A stretch of DNA of 54,423 nucleotides from Candidatus Levyibacteriota bacterium (GTDB lineage: Bacteria; Patescibacteriota; Microgenomatia; Levybacterales; GWA1-39-11). The notes under the pieces are model-generated. The model worked only from the letters and a program-made list of their open reading frames with translations. It was not told the origin of the DNA and did not search any database. Positions 42,042 through 50,195 of this stretch are shown here, one piece after another. Every line of letters starts with the position of its first letter. The stretch's first letter is position 1. The position numbers and the translations under genes are program-made. The stretch spans positions 1 to 54,423 of the forward strand of contig JAUSNA010000018.1 of the NCBI GenBank assembly GCA_030645455.1, written 5' to 3'.

Positions 42042-43499
42042 TTAGCTATAGGATATTATCATATCACCTATAGTAAAGTCAACTTGAGGGTCAATCATAA
42101 TTCCGCACTCATTTCCTTTCCCCAGTTCTTTTACGTCTTTTTTCCCTTGCTTGAGGGAAATAATGCTACTTTCAGGTGTTTCTGCTTCTCCTCGGGTTAT
42201 AATCATTTTATCTCCAACAGCGAGTCTTCCCTCTATTATCCTTACCCCTAATATTCGTCCTTCATTACCCTCAAATAAAGCCAAGATCTGAGCTTTCCCA
42301 AATATTTTCCTTTGCGCCCTTTCGTGAATAAGAGTCACAGCGTCAATTAATTCGTCGAGCAAATTATAAATGATATTGTACGTCCTATAGAAAGTCTTAA
42401 TTGATTCTGCCAGGATTTTTGCCTGTTTTTCGATATCAACATTAAATCCAACAACAATTGCACCAAAATCCCGCGCCATCAAAATATCAGACACGGAAAT
42501 TTCTCCCCTACCCTCATACACAACCTCAACATCGGCAGGTAGTGACTGCAGAATAGCTTCAAATTCTCCACTGGTTTGGGTTTTTATAATAACCGGCAGT
42601 TTTTCGTTTTGCTTTGTTTGCAATATTTTCATCAAATCCACGGTTGAATGGGAAATAACTTCTTTCGGCTGCTGCAATGCGCTAAACCCTTTAATATTTA
42701 CAACGCTTCCCGCAGGAAGTACTTCAGTAAAACCCATCACCTCAACAGCGTCTCCCGGAAGAGCTACCTTTACTTGTGATCCCGTGGTGTCAACGAGTGC
42801 CTTTGTCTTTCCTACTTCTTTTTCTACGGTATAAATTTTTTCGCCCACGGAAATCTTTCCGTTATTAACGATTAGGGAAGCCAAAATACCTCTCCTTTTA
42901 TCAAGTTTTGCCTCAATAACAACTCCTGTGAATTCTGCATTTTGATCCTTGTTAATATCTGAAAGGTCGTACACAATTACAATGAGATCCAAAAGGTCCG
43001 TTATCTTATCTCCTGTCTTGGCACTTACCCCAATAAATGGTACGTCTCCACCCATTCCCTCCAAAAGCACCCCTTCTTTAGCAAGTTCCTGCTTGACCTT
43101 TGCGATATTTGCACCCGGAGCGTCGGTTTTTGTGATTACTACTATAAATGGGAGCTTTGAGGCAATAATCTTTTCGATAGATTCTTTTGTCTGGGGTTTT
43201 ATCCCATCGTCCGCGGCAACAACCAGCAATACGATATCGGAGGCCGATACTCCGTGAGAACGCATATTTGAGAATGCTTCATGACCGGGAGTATCAATAA
43301 ATGTAATAAAACGCTCTTTCCCCTCATGCTTAATTGCAATTTTTGAAGCACCAATTGCTTGAGTTATGCCTCCGGCTTCGCCGGTTGCGACGTTACTTTT
43401 CCGGATGGTGTCTAAAAGAGTGGTTTTACCGTGATCAACGTGACCTAGAACTGATACGACAGGAGGATAGATTTTGGTTTGTACATTTGTTTTTTCCAT
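42042..43499 (-). CDS. infB: translation initiation factor IF-2 (minimal form starting at the G domain)
   Basis: 485 aa. GHVDHGKTTLLD, DTPGHEAF, TKTD. No N-terminal extension. Confidence 0.93.
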   Translation of the reverse strand: MEKTNVQTKIYPPVVSVLGHVDHGKTTLLDTIRKSNVATGEAGGITQAIGASKIAIKHEGKERFITFIDTPGHEAFSNMRSHGVSASDIVLLVVAADDGIKPQTKESIEKIIASKLPFIVVITKTDAPGANIAKVKQELAKEGVLLEGMGGDVPFIGVSAKTGDKITDLLDLIVIVYDLSDINKDQNAEFTGVVIEAKLDKRRGILASLIVNNGKISVGEKIYTVEKEVGKTKALVDTTGSQVKVALPGDAVEVMGFTEVLPAGSVVNIKGFSALQQPKEVISHSTVDLMKILQTKQNEKLPVIIKTQTSGEFEAILQSLPADVEVVYEGRGEISVSDILMARDFGAIVVGFNVDIEKQAKILAESIKTFYRTYNIIYNLLDELIDAVTLIHERAQRKIFGKAQILALFEGNEGRILGVRIIEGRLAVGDKMIITRGEAETPESSIISLKQGKKDVKELGKGNECGIMIDPQVDFTIGDMIISYS

Positions 43500-43523
43500 A
43501 AGTGTAAGGCTAAAGCTCTCATG

Positions 43524-44546
43524 TTATGCGGCAATTTCCGGTTGTACTTCAACCGGTGCATCGATCCCCTCAACCTCAATATTGTAACCGGTGAGTTTTG
43601 AAGCGAGTCTGACATTTTGACCTTCTTTACCTATAATAAGCGGGAGTTCTTCTTTCGGAGCTTTGACAATCGCCAACTTTTCCTTTTCCTTAAGTTCAAC
43701 TGTAATATTCTTTGCAGGAGAAAGAGCATTTGCTATAAATCTTGCATGGTCATTGCTCCATTGAATGACATCTATTTTTTCAAGGCCGTCAACAGCATCT
43801 ATAACTGCCTGAATTCTAACTCCCTTTTGACCGACACATGACCCTACAGGATCAATTCCCGATTGATCAGATGACACTGCTATTTTTGCTCTGGATCCCG
43901 GTTCACGTATAATTGCTTTAATAACCACACTTCCTGCCGCAACCTCAGGCACTTCACGTCGCAAAAGACCTTCTAAAAGCCCATTATGGGTGCGCGATAC
44001 CATAATTTCCCGCCCTCTTTTTTCATCATCAATAATTTCAACGATGTAGACTGCAAGTTTTTTATTAAGGTAATAATTCTCATTTTGGATTCTGTGAGAA
44101 GGCGTAATGACGGCTTCGGATTTGCCAATATCTACAATAATAGAGCTTCCTGCAAACCGTAATATCATGCCATTTACTACTGTTCCTATCCTTTTTGTAT
44201 ACTCAGCCATGATAGCGTCTTTTTCCCGCTCTCGGATTTTTTGGAGCAATACTTGTTTTGCAGTCTGTGTTGCAATTCTTCCAAACCCCGGAGGAGTTAC
44301 ATCTTTTCCTTCATATGCTATTTTTGTTTCGCCGGTATTTGAATTGATTTCAGCCGTATACTTTGCAGCCTCTTTTTCAGCATCTTCTTCGGCAAGCGCT
44401 TCGATAACAGGAACTACATGATCCTTCTTGTAAGCTGCCAAAATTGCAGTCTTGATGCTCTCAAGAATTATTTCAGGATCAACACCCCGCTCTGTCGCTA
44501 TTTGGTTGAGTGCGAGCGCAAACTCGCTTCTTTGTATTGCCGGCAT
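43524..44546 (-). CDS. nusA: transcription termination/antitermination factor NusA
   Basis: 340 aa with NTD, S1 and two KH domains (VGSCVGQKGVRIQ). No C-terminal AR repeats. Confidence 0.93.
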   Translation of the reverse strand: MPAIQRSEFALALNQIATERGVDPEIILESIKTAILAAYKKDHVVPVIEALAEEDAEKEAAKYTAEINSNTGETKIAYEGKDVTPPGFGRIATQTAKQVLLQKIREREKDAIMAEYTKRIGTVVNGMILRFAGSSIIVDIGKSEAVITPSHRIQNENYYLNKKLAVYIVEIIDDEKRGREIMVSRTHNGLLEGLLRREVPEVAAGSVVIKAIIREPGSRAKIAVSSDQSGIDPVGSCVGQKGVRIQAVIDAVDGLEKIDVIQWSNDHARFIANALSPAKNITVELKEKEKLAIVKAPKEELPLIIGKEGQNVRLASKLTGYNIEVEGIDAPVEVQPEIAA

Positions 44547-44584
44547 AGTTTTAATTGCTCAACTTTGCTTTCTGGCAAAGTTGT

Positions 44585-44617
44585 AAAAAAAAAGGTGGGC
44601 ACTTTCAGATTCCCACC
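44585..44617 (-). terminator. intrinsic terminator 38 nt upstream of nusA
   Basis: Minus-strand RNA reads GGUGGG-AAUCUGAAAGUG-CCCACC-U9 (stem 44594-44599/44612-44617, U-tract 44593-44585). Confidence 0.7.
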
Positions 44618-44668
44618 AAAGACTTAATGTATAGGCAAGCTCTCAAATCTGAAAGCTTAGTTTAGGTC

Positions 44669-44698
44669 ATTTTAACAGAAATAGGACCTCCAAGTCAA
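44669..44698 (-). promoter_or_regulatory. candidate promoter between the S8 peptidase stop and the nusA-proximal terminator
   Basis: The minus strand reads TTGACT (44698-44693), 18 nt, TGtTAAAAT (extended -10; hexamer 44674-44669). Confidence 0.5.
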
Positions 44699-44709
44699 GG
44701 ATTTTGAAC

Positions 44710-46317
44710 TTATTGAACAAGCAGAGTGGTAGAAGTATTGGTTGGTGTGTATGTAAATCCGGATTTTACAATATTTGTAACGGTTGCTGTAAATATCCCT
44801 TTTTCTTTCGAACGGACTGAAACTTGAACCTCACCCGTTGATGAAGTATTTTTGGTAAATGCTGTCATCTTTCCTGAAGGTGAAGTAATAGACATTGATA
44901 CCGTAGCTGAGGAAACTACAGCGTTTGTTGAAGTATCGGCTATTCTAGCTTTTGCATAAATTGTTTTGGTGGATGTAAACCCTGTGAAGCGCATAGTAAG
45001 GGCTGTAACAGTCATTTCCTTAGAAACCGGCGTGGATGTAGGAGTGGGGGTAGGACTTGAAATCACGGTTGGAGTAGGAGTAATCGCATCAACTAAAACA
45101 ACCGACTTGTAAGCATTAATTTTTCCCTTTTGCCAATAAGTACCCGTTCCGGCAATCCCATCCGCATTTGATTCAATTTTTTCTCTCACGCATACATTTG
45201 TGGTACAGTCCCCCTTGCCCCATACAAGACCCGCAAGTCCTGCAACAAATGGTGAGGCCATCGATGTTCCAGAAAGAGATGCATACGAATTTCCCTTGAA
45301 TGATGAATATATTGAAACTCCGGGAGCTGCAACATCTACCCATGACCCATAATTTGACCAGCTTGCTTTATTGTTGTTGCTGTCAATTGCAGCGACTGCT
45401 ATAACATTTGTATAGTACGCTGGGTAATGAGGACTTTGCGAAGAGCTGTTTCCGGCCGCAGCAACAATAACCACTCCCTTTTGCCATGCATAATCTATTG
45501 CGTCTTGAAGTGCGGCTGATGAAGACGTACCTCCCAGACTCATATTAATAACTTGTGCTCCGTTGTCAGCAGCCCATACTATGCCATTTACTATCCATGA
45601 ATAATAACCCGACCCGTCATCACCCAGCACCTTTCCATTCATAAGTGACGCATCATAAGCAGTCCCCCCAATACCAACTCCATTATTTGTCGAGGCAGCA
45701 GCAATTCCTGCCACGTGGGTTCCATGACCGTCAACATCAGCCGACGTTGAGCTGGTTGTAAAATTTGCCGATGCAACTATTTTCCCCTGCAAATCACTGT
45801 GAGATGGATCAATACCCGTATCAAGAACTGCAATCTTTACGCTAGATGAACCGGTTGTAACATCCCACGCACTTGTTCCTCCATTTTCCGCAGCATCTAT
45901 TGAGAAAAGTCCCCATTGAGTTGAAAGGGAAGGATCATTTGTAACCATTGATTTTGCCGCAACAGCGTTGGGTTCTGCATATTCTACGTGTGGACTTCTC
46001 CTATATATCTCCACTAATTTGTCAACCATCCCATCAGGTACTCCTAAAACCTCTACCCGGATGGGGTCAATCTTTAGCTTCACCTTTCCACCCAAATCTT
46101 TTACCACTTTTTCACGTATGGATGTTGCTATTTGCGGCTTGAATTTAACAATTATTTCATTTGTAGAAAATTTTTGAGCTTGTGCTTGCCTTGAGGGAAA
46201 AACGAAGTTAAAAATAACTCCGCCAATAAGAGCAAATAATAATGCGTGAATTACGAATGAATGGAGAGAGAAAAACTTATATCGGAACTTTTTTACAGTT
46301 CTCTTTTTAGATTTCAT
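44710..46317 (-). CDS. secreted subtilisin-like serine peptidase (S8) with I9-type propeptide and C-terminal beta-rich domain
   Basis: 535 aa. N-terminal TM/signal, catalytic triad blocks AVLDTGID, HGTHVAG, SGTSMASP, a PTPTVISSPTPTPTSTP linker and a C-terminal Thr/Ser-rich domain. Confidence 0.9.
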   Translation of the reverse strand: MKSKKRTVKKFRYKFFSLHSFVIHALLFALIGGVIFNFVFPSRQAQAQKFSTNEIIVKFKPQIATSIREKVVKDLGGKVKLKIDPIRVEVLGVPDGMVDKLVEIYRRSPHVEYAEPNAVAAKSMVTNDPSLSTQWGLFSIDAAENGGTSAWDVTTGSSSVKIAVLDTGIDPSHSDLQGKIVASANFTTSSTSADVDGHGTHVAGIAAASTNNGVGIGGTAYDASLMNGKVLGDDGSGYYSWIVNGIVWAADNGAQVINMSLGGTSSSAALQDAIDYAWQKGVVIVAAAGNSSSQSPHYPAYYTNVIAVAAIDSNNNKASWSNYGSWVDVAAPGVSIYSSFKGNSYASLSGTSMASPFVAGLAGLVWGKGDCTTNVCVREKIESNADGIAGTGTYWQKGKINAYKSVVLVDAITPTPTVISSPTPTPTSTPVSKEMTVTALTMRFTGFTSTKTIYAKARIADTSTNAVVSSATVSMSITSPSGKMTAFTKNTSSTGEVQVSVRSKEKGIFTATVTNIVKSGFTYTPTNTSTTLLVQ

Positions 46318-46329
46318 TGAATGTACTCT

Positions 46330-46359
46330 ACTTTAAACCGTTTTCAAAAGTAATGTCAA
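46330..46359 (-). promoter_or_regulatory. candidate promoter for the S8 peptidase gene
   Basis: The minus strand reads TTGACA (46359-46354), 18 nt, TAAAGT (46335-46330). The ATG is at 46317, giving a very short 5' UTR. Confidence 0.3.
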
Positions 46360-46402
46360 GAGTAAATACCAGTACTATACAAAAGTATCCACTTTGTCTC
46401 TC

Positions 46403-46432
46403 TTGACGCCCTTGCAGGGGGGGTGTCTATAA
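46403..46432 (+). promoter_or_regulatory. candidate promoter for the RTX-like/repeat-protein transcription unit
   Basis: TTGACG (46403-46408), 18 nt, TATAAT (46427-46432). It diverges from the S8 promoter; both are embedded in CTCTTGAC. Confidence 0.5.
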
Positions 46433-46585
46433 TGGCTTACGTTTGTTTTCTTTGCATTCTGCCCGCGCAAAGAAAAGATTTTATCCTTGCCCGATTATTC
46501 TTGAACCTGCCTGTATTTTATATTTTGAAATGAGGTAGGAAATAACATAGACCTGCCATGAAAAAAAAATTTAGTCTGCCAATCT

Positions 46586-46610
46586 AACAACCGCATGTCG
46601 GTTGTTTTTT
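46586..46610 (+). terminator. intrinsic terminator inside the ~230-nt leader of the RTX-like gene
   Basis: AACAACCG-CATGT-CGGTTGTT followed by TTTT (8-bp stem, 5-nt loop). It ends 62 nt before ATG 46673. Confidence 0.6.
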
Positions 46611-46672
46611 GATGGAATAAAACTAATTCAATGGTTGGCAGGATATCTTAAGGGAATGGGGGTGAAATAAAT

Positions 46673-48241
46673 ATGAATAAACTAAAAAGATTTTTAATAG
46701 GAGCAACAGCAGGAGTAGCAATACTTGCAAGAGTAGTGCTTCCTGCAGGTGCTGATAGCACAGTAGTAATCTCTGGTAATACCTCAGCTGGTGAAAATCA
46801 GCCTGGATGGTTATTTAACAGAGACATTTCTACAACCACTCCATTCGAGTTCAATTCGGCTCAACCTAGTATTGGTACAGGAAGTTTATACGTTATGCCA
46901 ATTGGTGCGAATGCATCAGACAAGTTCATAGCTGAGAACTTTGTAAATACTCCAATTGCAAACGTTAATTCTATTTCTTACGACTTCCGAATAGGAAGTG
47001 GCGGGGATGCGAATGATGATGAACACTTCTATATGAATGTGTATGCAAATTTTGGATCATCACCAGATAACAAGTTTTATGATTGTCGCTATAACGTAGT
47101 GCCAACAACAGGCTCAACTGCCAGTTTTACAACTGTAACATTTAATCCTTCTTTGGCTTATCCCGTAACACAAAGTGGCTCATCACCATTTACGTGTCCG
47201 TCGATACCTAATGATATGAATACTTCAAGCCCTATCTCAACCATAAGAGTTTTTACTCTTAATGTTGGTGACACATCGGTAAATGATCAGGGTTTGGATG
47301 GGTATCTGGATAAAGTTGTAGTTAATCTTGATGATTCATCGGGTATTACTACCTATGATTTTGAACCACTTCCAGAGACGGTCACTGTGACCATTGATAA
47401 ATATATTGATGGTACAAAGGCTACAGCGACAACCGCTGACAACTCAGCTTTTCCGATGAGTGCGACATGGAACGCAACAAATATCGGAGCGGGTTCTGGT
47501 AATTATGATTTGGATGCTGATGGATTCAACAATATCCCAACACCATATCAGGCAATTACTTCAGAAATGACAGCTGGAGCTGATTACACTACGAATGAAG
47601 TAACTGGCGGCTCAGTTGTGGGAGCTAGTTGTTCTACTGGTCAACCATATGCATTGGTTGGGTATACGACTGGGGATACTTTCTCAGAAGCCCAAAGCGG
47701 TACACCAAGTTCTACTATTCCAAGTTTCACAGATCTTGACAGTGATAAATATGTGATTGTCTGGAACATGACTTGTCCAGATGTTACACCAACTCCAAAT
47801 CCTTTTGCTATTCCTGCAGAATGCAGTGCAATAACAGGACTTGGTGCTCCAATCGTTGGTACGAATGGCAGCGAGGTCATCAATGGAACTAATGGAAACG
47901 ACCTCATTTTCGCACTAGGCGGAAGTGATGTAGTCAATGGTAAAGAAGGCAACGACTGTATAGTCGGAGGAGATGGAAGTGATTCTCTCCATGGACAAGG
48001 TGGAAATGACGTAATTCTTGGAGGAAATGGCAGCGATGCCATCCAAGGAGATGCCGGTAATGATTGGCTTTACGGCCAAGATGGAAGCGACTCCGTAAAG
48101 GGAGCTTCCGGCAACGATCATCTTTTCGGAGGAAATGGATCCGACTCTCTCAAGGGAGATGGAGGAACAGATAGCGCTGATGGAGGCGCAAATAGCGATT
48201 CATGCAACGCAGAAACTGAAGATGTTTCCTGCGAAGCATAA
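46673..48241 (+). CDS. secreted protein with C-terminal hemolysin-type (RTX) calcium-binding nonapeptide repeats
   Basis: 522 aa. Sec-type signal MNKLKRFLIGATAGVAILARVVLPAGA. About 11 consecutive 9-residue repeats (GGSDVVNGK EGNDCIVGG DGSDSLHGQ GGNDVILGG NGSDAIQGD AGNDWLYGQ DGSDSVKGA SGNDHLFGG NGSDSLKGD GGTDSADGG). SD GGGGGTGA. Confidence 0.85.
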   Translation: MNKLKRFLIGATAGVAILARVVLPAGADSTVVISGNTSAGENQPGWLFNRDISTTTPFEFNSAQPSIGTGSLYVMPIGANASDKFIAENFVNTPIANVNSISYDFRIGSGGDANDDEHFYMNVYANFGSSPDNKFYDCRYNVVPTTGSTASFTTVTFNPSLAYPVTQSGSSPFTCPSIPNDMNTSSPISTIRVFTLNVGDTSVNDQGLDGYLDKVVVNLDDSSGITTYDFEPLPETVTVTIDKYIDGTKATATTADNSAFPMSATWNATNIGAGSGNYDLDADGFNNIPTPYQAITSEMTAGADYTTNEVTGGSVVGASCSTGQPYALVGYTTGDTFSEAQSGTPSSTIPSFTDLDSDKYVIVWNMTCPDVTPTPNPFAIPAECSAITGLGAPIVGTNGSEVINGTNGNDLIFALGGSDVVNGKEGNDCIVGGDGSDSLHGQGGNDVILGGNGSDAIQGDAGNDWLYGQDGSDSVKGASGNDHLFGGNGSDSLKGDGGTDSADGGANSDSCNAETEDVSCEA

Positions 48242-48301
48242 AAATGCGTTTGCCGAAACGTAGATCGGAGAAAAAGATAGCTTGAAGGGAGGTGAATAAA
48301 T

Positions 48302-48910
48302 ATGAATATCAAACAAAAATTAACAAGTGCAGCCGTAATAGGTGCAATGATGGCGGCTGTAGTAGCCCCGGCATCATTTGCCGCAACTGTTAAAATCAAG
48401 AAAAACGGTGCAGGTTCTACCAATACAGCAACTGTTGTAAGTAAGAAAAAAACAATAGTTAGCCAATACAATGGAACTGCAGTTGTAAATCTTGTTGGAG
48501 TACTCCAAAATACCGGAGTAAATTCTGCAAATGGTAATACCGGAGATGGCAGCGTAGACGTTAACTCAGGTGCTGCTACATCAACAGTTACCAACACGAC
48601 AACAACCGGAGGAAATAACGCAACCGTTAATCCTTGCGGGTGCGTAGATCCGAGTACTAATGTTGTCATCAAGAAAAACGGTGCAGGTTCTACCAACACT
48701 GTAACAGTTGTAAGCACAAGTAAGACAGAGGTTGAACAAGTTAACGAAACTCTTGTTATCAACGGAGTGCTTGTCGCTCAGAATACCGGCGGAAATTCCG
48801 CAAACGGTAACACCGGTGACGGTGGAGTAAATGTTGACTCTGGCAATGCTACATCAACAGTTACCAACACGACAACAACCGGAGGAAATGCATACACTCC
48901 TACTCTATAA
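48302..48910 (+). CDS. secreted protein made of two copies of the N/T/G-rich GNGAGSTN module
   Basis: 202 aa. Signal peptide ending ASFA-A. Two 91-aa repeats ([10 protein letters not shown]...QNTG.NSANGNTGDG.V.V.SG.ATSTVTNTTTTGGN) separated by PCGC. Strong SD GGGAGGTG. Confidence 0.85.
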   Translation: MNIKQKLTSAAVIGAMMAAVVAPASFAATVKIKKNGAGSTNTATVVSKKKTIVSQYNGTAVVNLVGVLQNTGVNSANGNTGDGSVDVNSGAATSTVTNTTTTGGNNATVNPCGCVDPSTNVVIKKNGAGSTNTVTVVSTSKTEVEQVNETLVINGVLVAQNTGGNSANGNTGDGGVNVDSGNATSTVTNTTTTGGNAYTPTL

Positions 48911-48946
48911 GTAGGCAGGGACATTCCAAAAGTTACTAAGTGTAGA

Positions 48947-48978
48947 AAACCCCCCATTGCCCGGGGGGTTTTTCTTTT
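48947..48978 (+). terminator. intrinsic terminator after the 202-aa repeat-protein gene
   Basis: AAA-CCCCCC-ATTGCCC-GGGGGG-TTTTTCTTTT: a 6 G-C pair stem plus a T-tract. Confidence 0.75.
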
Positions 48979-48994
48979 GTCTAAACCCATAGTT

Positions 48995-49023
48995 TTGACT
49001 TGCGCCCCCATTTCTTATATAAT
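48995..49023 (+). promoter_or_regulatory. near-consensus sigma70 promoter upstream of the GC-enriched cassette
   Basis: TTGACT (48995-49000), 17 nt, TATAAT (49018-49023). Confidence 0.6.
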
Positions 49024-49119
49024 CACACAACTTTTTGCTTAGCTCATACGTTTTAATTTGCTTTAAAACCGATTGGTCTATTTGCTAACTGTAACGCACC
49101 TTTACAACACATTCTTGTA

Positions 49120-49172
49120 GAGTTTTATCTCGCAGAGCCCCGAGTAAATCGGGGTTGTGTGAGATAAAACTC
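49120..49172 (+). promoter_or_regulatory. 53-nt extended hairpin in the cassette leader
   Basis: GAGTTTTATCTC (49120-49131) pairs perfectly with GAGATAAAACTC (49161-49172). There is an inner 6-bp stem CCCCGA/TCGGGG with loop GTAAA. No U-tract follows, so it is not a terminator. Confidence 0.5.
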
Positions 49173-49196
49173 AAATCAACATGAAGGGAAATTACT

Positions 49197-49361
49197 ATGA
49201 AACAGTTAATCATGGACATCGCTGCTGTTCTCATTCTATTTGTAGCTGGACTCATCGAGTTCACCCAATGGAGAAGGGGGTCCCCGCCAAGGGTATGCAT
49301 TATGCTCATTTTAATCAGCATCGCAATAATAATCGTGGTACATATAAGCATCATCACCTAA
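49197..49361 (+). CDS. small two-helix membrane protein (54 aa; below ORF-track cutoff)
   Basis: ATG 49197 is preceded by AAGGGA. Product MKQLIMDIAAVLILFVAGLIEFTQWRRGSPPRVCIMLILISIAIIIVVHISIIT has two hydrophobic helices around a basic loop. I prefer it over the His-rich 86-aa ORF (49181) and the antisense 90-aa ORF. Confidence 0.45.
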   Translation: MKQLIMDIAAVLILFVAGLIEFTQWRRGSPPRVCIMLILISIAIIIVVHISIIT

Positions 49362-49394
49362 GTTCACGACCAGAGTTTGATCTAAGGAGTAGAA

Positions 49395-49589
49395 ATGCCG
49401 GAAGTCACAAGGATCGATATCTTCGAAATGGTTCGGGGTAATTTCCCCAACCTTTCCGAAGAAACACAGCTTGAACTGGCGGATAAAATAAAGTCACTGC
49501 TGGAGTTTGCGGCAAATGATAAGATAACGGACCTTAAATGGGTAAAGAGGGTGATTGATGCCCTGGCCGTATCTGCTCGACTTCAATGA
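49395..49589 (+). CDS. hypothetical protein (64 aa)
   Basis: Strong SD TAAGGAG 5 nt upstream of ATG 49395. Helical-looking, acidic. No motif recognised. Confidence 0.55.
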   Translation: MPEVTRIDIFEMVRGNFPNLSEETQLELADKIKSLLEFAANDKITDLKWVKRVIDALAVSARLQ

Positions 49590-49685
49590 GAGGACTCAGA
49601 ACGAGTCCTAGGACTCTTCTTATCTATCCGAACATCGCATAAATTCACACCCGCGTATAACGCCAGAAGGCCTGAGGAGGCACAG

Positions 49686-50195
49686 TTGAAAAAGATCCTT
49701 GTTCTTATCCTGACCATTGTGGCCGTGTCTTTCACCGCTTGCGGCGACAGACCGGACACTCAAGAACCAAAAGTTCCAACTCAGGCTCCGAGAATTCCAA
49801 CGCCGGCAGCACCCGCTCAGCCAGGCATCACAATGCCTCGTAGTAGTAGTTGCACAAACAGCGCCGTCATACTAACAGGGATTGCCCTGGATCAGACGGT
49901 ATTCGATAGCCAGGTGACTAGTTTCAACCTCTTGGGTTGCTTCACGAGACCGGATATCTTCGTCGAAGCGTCCCCTCAGCTAGGGTACGTCTTGAGTTTG
50001 GCGATTGCCGATCGCAACGCAAAACACCCCTTCAAGGACGTTGAAGAGCTGACGAAGTTCTCCGAGGAATTCCTCACGGATTTCGTAAAAGTCACCCTCG
50101 GTGATTCGTATCTAGTCCTTGAGAACGTCAAAACAACGTACCAATTGAGGCTCTTTCCGGTCATAAAAAAGAAAACGACCGGACCAACTGCCTAA
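49686..50195 (+). CDS. putative lipoprotein (169 aa)
   Basis: TTG start with SD GAGGAGG 5 nt upstream. Signal peptide plus lipobox-like MKKILVLILTIVAVSFTAC-GD, a Pro-rich linker and a globular C-terminus. About 53% GC against a ~39% background. Confidence 0.65.
   Translation: MKKILVLILTIVAVSFTACGDRPDTQEPKVPTQAPRIPTPAAPAQPGITMPRSSSCTNSAVILTGIALDQTVFDSQVTSFNLLGCFTRPDIFVEASPQLGYVLSLAIADRNAKHPFKDVEELTKFSEEFLTDFVKVTLGDSYLVLENVKTTYQLRLFPVIKKKTTGPTA

Noticed and set aside
48118-48762. 214-aa minus-strand ORF overlapping the end of the RTX-like gene and most of the 202-aa repeat gene
   Set aside because: It is the antisense shadow of repeat-rich coding sequence. Its low-complexity V/T/P/L product mirrors the sense-strand N/T/G repeats. 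It has no RBS. The sense genes have signal peptides, strong SD sites and recognisable repeats.
49085-49441. 86-aa His-rich plus ORF (49181-49441) and 90-aa minus ORF (49085-49357)
   Set aside because: Both overlap the better-supported 54-aa two-helix membrane ORF (49197-49361, with SD) and the SD-preceded 64-aa ORF. The 86-aa product is compositionally odd and its ATG lacks an RBS.
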